Shown here piece after piece: positions 1-10,300 of a stretch of 64,000 nucleotides of DNA. Positions within the stretch are counted from its first letter, which is position 1, and each line of letters starts with the position of its first letter. The stretch comes from Amoebophrya sp. A120 (Eukaryota > Protista > Dinoflagellata), in contig CAJINV010000029.1 in NCBI GenBank assembly GCA_905178155.1, forward strand, positions 127,863 to 191,862, in the 5' to 3' direction. Made by a program: the position numbers and the translations under genes. Under the pieces are notes generated by a model. It made no database searches. It saw only the letters and a list, made by a program, of their open reading frames with translations, and was not told where the DNA came from.

Positions 1-917
1 CAGGCAGGCTTCGGACAAACACCTATGACGTTCTCAGTCGTTACGCTGGTAGCTGTTTTATGATTCCCCATGCATGAGTAGTGCTTACTGCTACCCTCCC
101 CACTAAGACGCTGTGATGAGTGGCAATTTTTTCTGCTTTGGTTGTTGCATTGGTAGCTGGTGCGTGATTTGTCATGCAGAACTACTGCCACCCTCACCCT
201 CCACACGATGGAGGTACTTTCTTTGACAGAGGGAGTCCATGACTCCAGATCTGTAATGCAAGACGCGGGAGCTTAAGCTTGCTTCCCTCTTCTACTTTTG
301 CTATTAGTCTTTGCATCGCAGATTCATGCAACAGCAGTCACTGTAACGTGTGAGAACCCCATAGCCCTGCAAACGTCGTTCGGGCAGCCCGCTCACAGTC
401 CGCCGGTCTGTGGACAAACGCCGCAGGGTTCTTTTTTCCACCCGGGCCAGCACATTGCCTCGTCGATGCCGCAGGAGCACTTCGCGTCCCTATCCAAGGA
501 AAAAGGACCATGGCTACCAGCATTGTCTTTATCTTCTATGCAAAAACGTCGGCCATGTTTACAAATCCAGCACCGAGGCAGTCGAGGTCATTCCGCGACC
601 TCAATTCGAGGGTCTGCAATACGAAAAACAAATGGTGGCAAGCTTCAGCGCGGCTACTGATTTTTACGTGTTTCGCGTGTAGATTTTTTTGCGTTTTTGC
701 ATGCTGACACGCAGCACGCGTGACAAATCCGATTGATTTCGGCCACTACGCATTTCCTGTTCCACTCCCACAGCTCGGCTATACATGAGAAACGTGCTAG
801 CTACATCTGTACAGTAGTACTGGTAGATAGTACGCCAGTCCAGACTTGCACCAGTACGCAAGAGCAGGCTTTTCAGGGTGGTGGTCTTTCTTTTCCGTTT
901 GATGGTCTCCTCCATAC

Positions 918-3630
918 AGCTTCAGCAGCCCCGATGCCTCCCAAGGACCGCCTGAAGCGCAGCGGAAACTCGTATCGAGTGTGCTGGGTCCTGGCCGGCA
1001 ACCGCAGCTCGATGGACTTGGAAGTGGCAGCGAACAGGACCACGCACAGCCACCGGCCCCCGCGGACTTGGCGACAGGACGACTTTCGTTTCGCGAGCCG
1101 CCGCAGCAGCCCGCAGCTGGAAATGACACCCACATCACTGTATCAAACTGAAAAGTGCCCCGAAGCCAGAACGCAAATAAATTGCGTGCGCGGTTTGGCT
1201 GGCCTTGGTGGTATGCGCCGTCTCTGACCTACTATGAATGTGGCATACAGGGAGCGGACTTGTATGTGTGACAAACCGGCCCTGGAGCCGCGCTGCCTAG
1301 CAATATTCTGATGCAGCAAGTGCGTTTTTTCATGCTACAGAGCAGGCACTTGGAATAGAAAAAAGCACCTCGAGGGCAGAGTAGGGGCCGAGGGCTACGG
1401 GGCTGGTGAGGTCATAAAACTTACGCATTGCAAAAATGTCTGGGTCTGGAAGAAGCCAAACTTGTCATGCAAATTCTGGACTACGCAAGAATTCGTGTTG
1501 CCTGAAAGCCGAAAGCTGTCCACTTTTTGCTATGCAAGTAGCAAGTTTCTCATGCAGAATAGGCATCAGGAGACCTGAACGAAACTTGTAATGCTTTTGC
1601 GCGCATCCGCATTCCAGAGCATCTGCGTGATCCAAAAGATGCATGACAAACTTGCAAAACTCCAGACCCAGACATATTTGCATTTGATAAACTATCCGCA
1701 AGGCAAAAGGCCCCGCGTAGATGCAAACAAACCTCTTACTTTGGCTTTCTGGGGACCGGGCACTTTTCAGCTTGATACAGCCAACCTCCGTCTCGCGGAG
1801 CCTCGTCGCTGATACCCCAAGCAGGACACACCGAGCAGCAGGTGGCTGCCATCGGTGCCGTCCCAAATACCAGCCGGAATTTGCCGACCCCGATTGGACC
1901 TGCCCAGCCACCGCAAGACAGTTCACTGGGAGCAGCAGCGAGCTCCAGTCCACAGCCGCGCCTCCACTCTACCGGGAACAGACCGGAGGATACAAAAGAC
2001 GAGAACATGCTGCCAGTCGTGGACACGGAGATACAGCAGGAACCACCGCCACGCCCAGAGGATGTGCCGATTGCGGGGGGACAGCAGCAGGCCTCTGCCA
2101 ATGCACGACTAGGACAAGAAGGCGCGGCCAAAGTTGTTGAACCAGCTGCGCTATCGGATGCAAATTTGTCTGGCTCTGGAAGAATGAGTGTAGATTTTTG
2201 CCATCCTGCGTTTGCATGACGCAGAAGGTCGTCGGCCATGAAAGCCCCAGCGCCACAGATTTAGGCTTTGAGAGGGTTCAGCAATACCTAATCCGCATGA
2301 CAAATCCCCCGCCATTGTGTGACAAGAAGTGAGCATCTTTTAGTGCCTATGCATGAGATATTTGATGCGTGTTGTGAAATTAATGCGCGTCACAAGGTCG
2401 CACTCTTCCACACCGAGACAAATTTGCATTTGATAAACCCATGTCTTGTACCGCAGCAGCGAGCAGCTCAGGGTCATGAATGCGTCAGGCAGCTGGACGG
2501 CGGGGGAAAGCTACAACCCAGAAGTTACGCCCGGCATGGAAGCTAGCGCACGTGGCATCACGCAGGCCGCCATTCCGGACCGGGTACCAAAAGCAAACCA
2601 GGCGGCGCCTGCTCAGCGTAAAAAACCGGAAAAAGCAGATAGTGCTGGACACGTTCTCGACTATGCATTGCAAATGTGACTGGATCTGGAAAGTTGGAAG
2701 CTTGAACTTGTGATGTGTGCATAGGTATATTGGGGGCCCCCACAAAAAAATGAAAAATCAAAATCTGTCTTGCATCACAGCAAAAAAAAACCCGCCCTTG
2801 GACATCCTTGGGGAGGATTTCTAATGCAGGGCGTGCGTCGCACAGTCCTTAAAGAGCCTGTGACGCTGAACCCTGCCTCCCAGACTTCGCAGGGCGTGGA
2901 AAACCTGCATGGCAAATTTGTGTTTCTGTAGTCTTCCAGACCCGGACACATTTGCACTCGAGATCGCTGAGAGTTTGGCAATTATCGTAGACGAGGGCAG
3001 CGTGGTCGTGGATATATTGCCTTCGCGTTGTGGGGCCACGCAGCGAACGTTGGCGCGGTCGCGTCGTGTCGGGCGCGTGGATGTTTATCAAGTGCAAATA
3101 TGTCTGGGTCTGGAAGCTTGTGATGCTAAAGACGTGCTCTGGAAGCTTGTGATGCTAGAGAGTGCAAATGTGTCTAGGTCTTGTCATGCTTAATACGCAT
3201 GACAAGCTGCGTCTTTGCATGACGAGAAAGAAGTGCTGCCTTCTTTGGTGGCTATGCAGTGCCGGTTTTTCAGGAGTGCAAGAGAGACACGCAACACCAA
3301 TTCCGCTTTTCCAGAACCAGACAAGACATGTCTGCGCTTGATAATATTTACCCGGTGCCAATTTCTACCGTCGATCCCTCTACGGGTACGATTTCGGCCG
3401 GACTTGACCCTGTTCGCGATAAGCATCTCATTGAGCTCCTGGAGCCGGACCGTTCTATGGATTGGGCAGCTGATGACGCAGCTGTGTATGCCGGGCACAT
3501 CGCCAAAAATACAATCGAAGGAGAACGCGAGGAGGGCGGTGACACAGCGGTAGACGATTTGGAAACACTCTTTGGCGATGGCGAAGGCGACGCGGTTATC
3601 CTCTGCAAAAAAATTCCCCCCGATCCATAG
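918..3630 (+). CDS. Multi-exon gene (5' part unresolved), low-complexity P/Q/A-rich unknown protein; exons ~918-1140, 1783-2151, 2441-2661, 2969-3085, 3349-3630
   Basis: Frame stays open across four TIR elements when element + 5 bp is removed (NDTHITEPPSRG, HVLDESLAIIVDEG, RVDVYPVPIST); stop at 3628-3630. Confidence 0.6.
1141..1777. mobile_element. Introner, family F, containing a nested family A element
   Basis: TIR TATCAAACTGAAAAGTGCCC / GGGCACTTTTCAGCTTGATA; diverged flanks CACTG/CAGCC; removal restores frame. Confidence 0.7.
1422..1689. mobile_element. Family A element nested inside the family F introner
   Basis: TGCAAAAATGTCTGGGTCTGGAAG ... CTCCAGACCCAGACATATTTGCATTTGATA; flanks AAACT/AACTA. 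Confidence 0.8.
2152..2435. mobile_element. Introner, family A
   Basis: Family A TIRs; TSD degenerate; removal of element + 5 bp joins ORF 1842 to ORF 2446 in frame. Confidence 0.8.
2662..2963. mobile_element. Introner, family A
   Basis: Family A TIRs; TSD TCGAC/TCGCT; in-frame join. Confidence 0.8.
3086..3343. mobile_element. Introner, family A
   Basis: TSD ATGTT/ATATT; in-frame join of ORF 2909 and ORF 3259. Confidence 0.85.
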
Positions 3631-4372
3631 CATTATTTATTCGCAGGGCCCAAGAAGAATGTAGCAGCGAATGGCTGTGCCTGCCGTGCTAAAGCGCGGC
3701 CTTTTTTGCCGTGCACAGGAGGCGCCCGCGTAGTGTTTGCCCCGGCTTTGGGACTGAGGCCCGGGGGGCGGCCTTTGGGCTCGATGAGCTTACCAGGCAA
3801 TGCGCCGCCAGGGTGCTCCGGGGCGAAAAACGCTGCCCCCCCTTGGCGGCATTTTTTTCTACCCGGTTGTTCGGACAAGGAGCCTGCTTCCAAAAGAGGC
3901 GCGGAGAAATAATCAGCCGCCCGGCTCCGCACAAGACGCCAGCGCCTCCGTTGTGGGCGCTCTTCATTTTTTTCGCAGATTCTTTCCGGCAGGTTTCTGC
4001 CGCCGGGATTTCTTTGCTTGCAGCAAAATTGGCCTCCCCGCAGTGGGTTGCAGAAATCCCGGCCCGCCAAATGGGCGGGCTCAGCAAAGGCCCACCGCTC
4101 TAGAGATTCTGGGAGGCGAAATCGGCCTGCCGAAAAAGCACAGCGCTCTGGAGGCAGAGCAGAGCCGAAAACGGGCCCGGGCGGGCCGGGCAGCAGTGTG
4201 CCCAGCAAGCGGGCCCCCGAAGGGCCCGCGCCCCGGCTCGGAAAGATGAAAATAAAATAAAAGAAGCGCCGGAAGCGCCCAAATGGTTGCCCATTTCTTT
4301 TGGCGCGTGCATTCGGATGCAGCGAGGCCTTTGGGTCTCTGGATATCATATGTGTAAGTATTGGAGAGCCTT

Positions 4373-7300
4373 ATGGCGGGTGGGAACGGGCTCAGACGAT
4401 TGGAGCGGGGCCATACATTTTTGCACTGGATGCCGCACTATCAAATACGAATATGTCTGGGTCTGGAAGGATGCAGTTTTTGGATTCTAAAAAAATTTGT
4501 ATTGCATGACTTGCAAGATGAGTCTAGTGCTTGTGCTACGTGGGGAGAACATGGCTCATGCGGAATAGGTAGCTGAAAGCTCTCCAAAAATCTGTGGCGC
4601 ATGGGCCATCAGCTGACAGCTCTCCACAAATCTGATGATGACCAGTGACGACTGTAAAGCATGACCTTATGCATGACAAAGTTGGCAATCTTCCAGACCC
4701 AGACATAGTTGCACTTGATACGCACCAGGCAACGAAAGACGCAGCGGAGCGCCGCGCAGCTGCCTATCAAGGAGGTAAAGGCGATGACTTTGATGAAAAC
4801 AGTGGGGCGGCGGATGTCGGCGGAGCTACAAAACCACTTGCCGGCGCCACAGACGTGGAGCTGGTCAACGTCTTCGGCGAAGCACCAACAAAGCTGTCAT
4901 CTTTTCAAGGGCCGGCGCCACCTATCGTCAAGCGATCTATCATCCGCCACCTTACCGAGAAGTACGCCGACTTCGGAAAGGGCGAACAGAGTACTCCGAC
5001 CGGCTGGCACGAGTTCCTGCTTGTTGACGCCGCTGGCACCCCGCAGAGATACGCCCGGTTCTATTGGTTCAACCCTACGCGCCGCGCGGATGGAAAGAGG
5101 GTGCGACTGGCTTGCCCTCTCGTTCACGAGGACGGCTCGGCTTGCGACGGCGAGCTTCAGCCCTGTCCAAAGGCCGTCCCGTGCCGCTCTCGACCATATG
5201 TCGACGTCGGAGAAGACGGCTACGTGACTGGTCCGCAGCTACAATGCACCCGCGCCTCTCGGAAGTCTGTGAACGCGTGTCCCGGAGGTATCCAATACAA
5301 ATGTGGCTGGGTCTGGAAAAGTCGGGGTCTGTCATGCACATTTTGCATGACCAGCGAAGTCTGTGATGCAGGTCCTAGCGTGACAGATTTTTTAGAGCCT
5401 CTTGATGCTTATCACGCATAAGAAGTGCCTCCTTCGCGTGCCAAGAATTGGACTCCTTTCGTTGCTCATGCAGCACAGATATTTCTAGAATCCGCAAACA
5501 GCACTGCCAGTATTATCTTCCAGACCCAAGCGCGTTTGCATTTGATAGTAGGCGGCACGAAACGATTTATGTCTACCGCGGCCAATTTTTTAACTGGGAA
5601 CAGGCTCGGGGAAGGCCTCGCGTTCGACACGTTTATCCTGTGGAAAAACGTCCCCGCCCCATGGTTGCCCCATATTTTGGTCTTTCCCAGTACATGGGCA
5701 CCCCATCGCTGTCATGCAAATGCGCAATGGCAGGGCCATGCGTAGCGCGCATCTCCATGAGAGGCGTTTCTAGTCGTGTTCTGGCATTTGTAATGCTGTA
5801 AACAGGATGAAAAAGTGGCTCTCTCATGCGGCTTACCTTGCTAACCGCCAGCACTTGTCATGCACAACTACCGAAACCTGGCGACTTGTCTGGCAGATTT
5901 CCCATCTTTACTATGGGGCGGGGACGTTTTTACTCAGCATAGCGCTCGGAAGTAGTTCTTTGTGTGTTTATAATGGAAACAACTCTTGCACTCGTATAGT
6001 TTTGCAAAAAATTACTCCATTACTTAGCTCGCTGCAATGGAACGCGAGGCATTGCAAGTTAGCTAGTTAGTCACTTCGTCTCCTATACCTAGGTAGCCGT
6101 AAGTAAGCATCCTACCTTCCTGATCAACTACCTAAATAGTCATAATGAGCTAGGGCGAGAAATAACAGTAAGGGCAGCCGGAAGTACGTAGGTTGAGACA
6201 TAGCCAGTCATGCGCAGCTTCTAGGCGAGCCCGACCTTTCCGCATTTGTGATGCGGAGAACCGGAGGCGCGGCCTTTCTCCACCCGAGGCCCCGCGGGGA
6301 GATGAGCTGGAACTTTGGCAATGCCAAAGCTCCAGTTCCCGCTCGACAAAAGTGGGAAATGATGCGACAGGATGTCTCTTTCAGAAATGTTGAAAGACGA
6401 GACATCCCTTCGCGTCTTTTATCACTTTTGCCGAGCGGGGACTGGAGCTTTGGCATTGCCAAGGTTCCAGTTCCCGCTCGACAAAGATGTGAGAGAGTGT
6501 TTCTTTCATCAAAAAGATGTCGCATCTTTTTCCACTTTTGTCGAGCGGGAGCGAGCTGGAACCTTGGCGCTTTCGCTACCCCCCGGGTGGCGAAAATCCC
6601 CACTGGCAAATGAAAACGCTCTCGGTTTTCAGGTGGTTCTTTCGCCACCCGAGGGGTGGCGAGAACCCCCATTGGTAATTCAAAACGTTTTCACTTAGCA
6701 ATGGGGATCTTCGCCACCCGAGGGGTGGCGCAAGTGCTTTCGCCACCCCCCGGGTGGCGAAAATCCCCCTTGGAAATTCAAAACGTTTTGAGTTTCCGAG
6801 TGGTTCCTTCGCCACCCGAGGGGTGGCGAAAGTGCTTGCGCCACCCCCCGGGTGGCGAAGATCCCCATTGGTAATTCAAAACTTTCGCAGTTACCAATGG
6901 GGATTTTCGCCACCCGAGGGGTGGCGAAAGTGCCAAAGTTCCAGCTCCCGCTCGACAAAAGTGGGAAATGATGTGAAGGGATGTCTCTTTCAAAAATGTT
7001 GAAAGACGGAACACCCTCTCACATCTTTGGCAAGTCGAAGTTTGCGAATTTGTGATGCGGCTTTTCTCCTGCGGGGAGAAAAGCCGCATCTAAATCCGGC
7101 CGGTTTTCCAATTTTGAAATGCAGTTTTTCTCCACCCGACCGCTCGAGCGGAGAAAAACCGCGCGCAAAGCAAGTAGCTTTGCGCGAAAAAACGGGCACG
7201 AGCCCTATGAAAAGCGCAGCGTCCACCCCGTCCGGAGCGGGAAAAGTTGTAAGCGGGTGGAGCCCCATTTGCTGCCTCATTCTCGTAGGTCGCTAGTTTC

Positions 7301-10300
7301 ATTCTCGTGACAGTATGTGCTTTCTTGGGGTCAAGTTGTATTTTGTCCGTTCATATTCTAGGGCGGTTCTATGCAGCAGCCTTTTGAAAATAGTTATGGG
7401 CTTCAGCGCCTCTATAATACCCGCAAGCTAACTCTTGGAAAATAGTTACGAGCTTCAGAGTTGTCCCTTTTCCCGTTATAGTGCGGGCCCGAGTTTGTCG
7501 ACACTCATCCGGCACACTGGTGGCAGAGGAAAAGGGACCTGGTTCGGTCTCGCCACCAGTGTGCTGGCAGCGGCGAGGGAGCGTTGCCTTGTTGGTTTCT
7601 TGCGGGCGCGGTCTGCGTTCCCCCCCCAACAGGACACCGCCCCCAGCTTTCGCGCGGAGGATTACCCGCTTCCCTTCCGCTCCGATCCCTTTCTTGCGTC
7701 CGCTGTCTTCCGAAGAATTTACGCGGAGATGTCTGAAAAAGCAAAGCCGCTGCTGGACGCCGAGACGAAGAGACAGACCGCGCCAGGCGAAGCGGTTTCG
7801 TGGGACTGCTATGAGGTCCTCAGATGTTTCAACTTTAAAAAAACCAAAAGAAAGAACTTAGCTAGTTGGACTGGTGTGAGTGGACAGATTCCTGCCCTTC
7901 AGAAAAATTGCCCAGAGTGGAGATCTGTCTTGCAACTCCATGCCCTTCAGAAAAATTCCCCAAAGTGGCAGTCTGTCTTGCAGCTTCCTGCCGTTCAGAA
8001 AAATTGCCCAGGGTGGCAATCTGTCTTGCAGCTTCCTGCCCTTCAGAAATCTTGCCCAGAGTGGCAATCTGTCTTGCAGCTTCCTGCCCTTCAGAAAAAT
8101 TCCCCAGGGTGGATATCTGTCCTGCAGCTTCCTGCCCTTCAGAAAAATTCCCCAGGGTGGGGATCTGTCCTGCAGCTTCCTGCCGTTCAGGAAAGTTCGT
8201 AGCTTTGCGCGCGCGCCACCAGGAGAAAAGCGCGCCACCAGGAGAAAAGCCGTGTCGTTGTTCGTGTTTCGCTTGAGGACGTGTTGATGTGGTAAAGCCA
8301 CAGGGAAAGGCAGTGGCTGAGAGTTTTCAACTTAAACACGTGGATCCTGTGAGAGCATGCGGATTTGTGTGAAGGCGCATGCTGTTGCGCCAGTTGAGGC
8401 GTGTGCGTCAATGCGGCTTTTTTCAAAAAGTTGCATTGTTGTACTGTTCTTGCGCTAGCCTTTTGGCGTCTAGTTTCGGAAAGAAAAAAAGAAAGATGAA
8501 GAATGATCCTCCTCATCGCGGGGACTTGGAGACCCATTGGCGGCCTTCTTTTGTACGATCTGTCGCCCTGTTTCGCGCCGGCGGCTGATCGATCCGCGTT
8601 TTCCTTCATCTTTGCGGCCCGCGTTAGAACGAGAAGAAAAATTGCCCCGAGTGGATACCTGTGCTCCAGCTCCCTGCCCTTCAGAAAAATTGCCCAGAGT
8701 GGAGATCTGCCCTGCAGCTTCCTGCCCTTCAGAAAAATAGCCCAGGGCGGCAGGCTGTCTCGCAGCTTCCTGCCCGTCAGACAGAGTGAAAAGCTGCCCA
8801 GGGTGGCAAGCTGTCTCGCAGCTTCCTGCCCTTCAGAAAAATTGCCCAGAGTGGAAATCTGTCTTGCAGCTTCCTGCCCTTCCGAAAAGTTTCCCAAATC
8901 TTCAGAAACTCCCTGCCCTTCAGAACCTGTGTAGTATGTGTGGCAAATTTTTCGGAAGGGCAGCAAGCTGCAGGACAGATGTACGAATTTAGTCTGAAGG
9001 GCAGCAAGCTGCAAGACAGACTTCCACTGTGGTAAATTTTTCGGAATGGCAACAGGCTGCAAGACAGATGCACACTTTGGGGAATTTTTCTGAAGGGCAA
9101 CAAGCTGCAAGACAGACAGGCACGCTGGTGGATTTTTCTGAAGGGCAGCAAGCTGCGCGACAGACTGGCACTGTGGTGGATTTTTCTGAAGGGCAGCAAG
9201 CTGCAAGACAGACTGACACTGTGGGAAATTTTTCCGAAGGGCAGCAAGCTGCGGGGCAGCCTTGCACTTTGGTGAATTTTTCCGAAGGGCAGCAAGCTGC
9301 GCGACAGAAGTCCACTCTGGGGAATTTTTCCGAGGGGCAGCAAGCTGCGAAGCAGATGCGAACTTTGGCGAATTCTTCTGAAGGGCAGCAGGATGCAAGA
9401 CAGATTTGCACTCTGGGGGATTTTTCCGAAAGGCAGCAAAAAAGAAAATAAAGAACGATCGCCCTCCTCGGGAGGACTTGGAGACCGATTGGCGGCCTTC
9501 TTTTGTTCGTGCTGTCGCCCTGTTTCGCGCCTGCGGTTGATCGGTCCGCATTTTCCTTCATCTTTGCGGCCCACGTTAGAACGAAGAGAAAACTTACACC
9601 GTGGAGGATTTTTCCGAAGGGCAGCAAGCTGCAAGACACAGGCGCACTCTGGTGAATTTTTCTGAAGGGCAACAAGCTGCAAGACAGATCCACACTCTGG
9701 AAAATTTTTCTGAAGGGCAGCAAGTTGCAAGACGCAGGCGCATTTGGGTGAATTTTTCTGGAGGGCAGCAAGCTGTGAGACAAATTTGCACTTTGGGGAA
9801 TTTTTCTCAAGGGCAGCAAGCTGCGAGACAGATGCGCACTGTGCTGAATTTTTCCGGAGGGGGGGCAGCAAGCTGCCAGGAAGATTCACCCTGTGGGGAA
9901 TTTTTCTGAAGGGCAGCAAGCTGCAGGACAGCCCTCCACTTGGGTAATTTTTTCTGAAGGGCAGCAAGCTAGCTGCAAGACAGGTCCCCACACTGGGCAA
10001 GTTTTCTGAAGGGCAGGAATCTGCAAGACAGAGTTCCACTCTGGACAATTTTTCTGAACGGCAGGAAGCTGCGCGACAGATATCCACTCTGGGCGATTTT
10101 TCTAAAGGGCAGGAAGCTACGCGACAGGTTTTCACTCTGGGCAATTTTTCTGATCGGCAGGAAGCTGCAAGACAGATATGCGCTATGGTAAGTGTTTCCG
10201 AGGGCAGCAAGCTGCAGGACAGATTTGCACTCTGGTGGGTGCTTCTGAAAGAAGGGCAGCAAGCTGCGAGACAGACTACCAAGGTGGAGGCCTTGCAGCC

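Noticed and set aside
4439-4720. Tc1/mariner-type MITEs with a TA target duplication
   Set aside because: TA is part of the TIR. The empty site at 34022 and frame restoration both require a 5-bp TSD outside the TA.
6570-6930. Bacterial REP/BIME elements or rho-independent terminators
   Set aside because: The context is eukaryotic and intronic, there are no U-tracts, and the palindrome is shared with TIR element E.
7887-10275. CRISPR array or repeat protein (454-501 aa ORFs with LQLPALQKN or SCSLLPFRK repeats)
   Set aside because: Units are contiguous degenerate 48-mers with no unique spacers and no cas genes. The ORFs arise on both strands because 48 is divisible by 3, and the array lies inside an intron.
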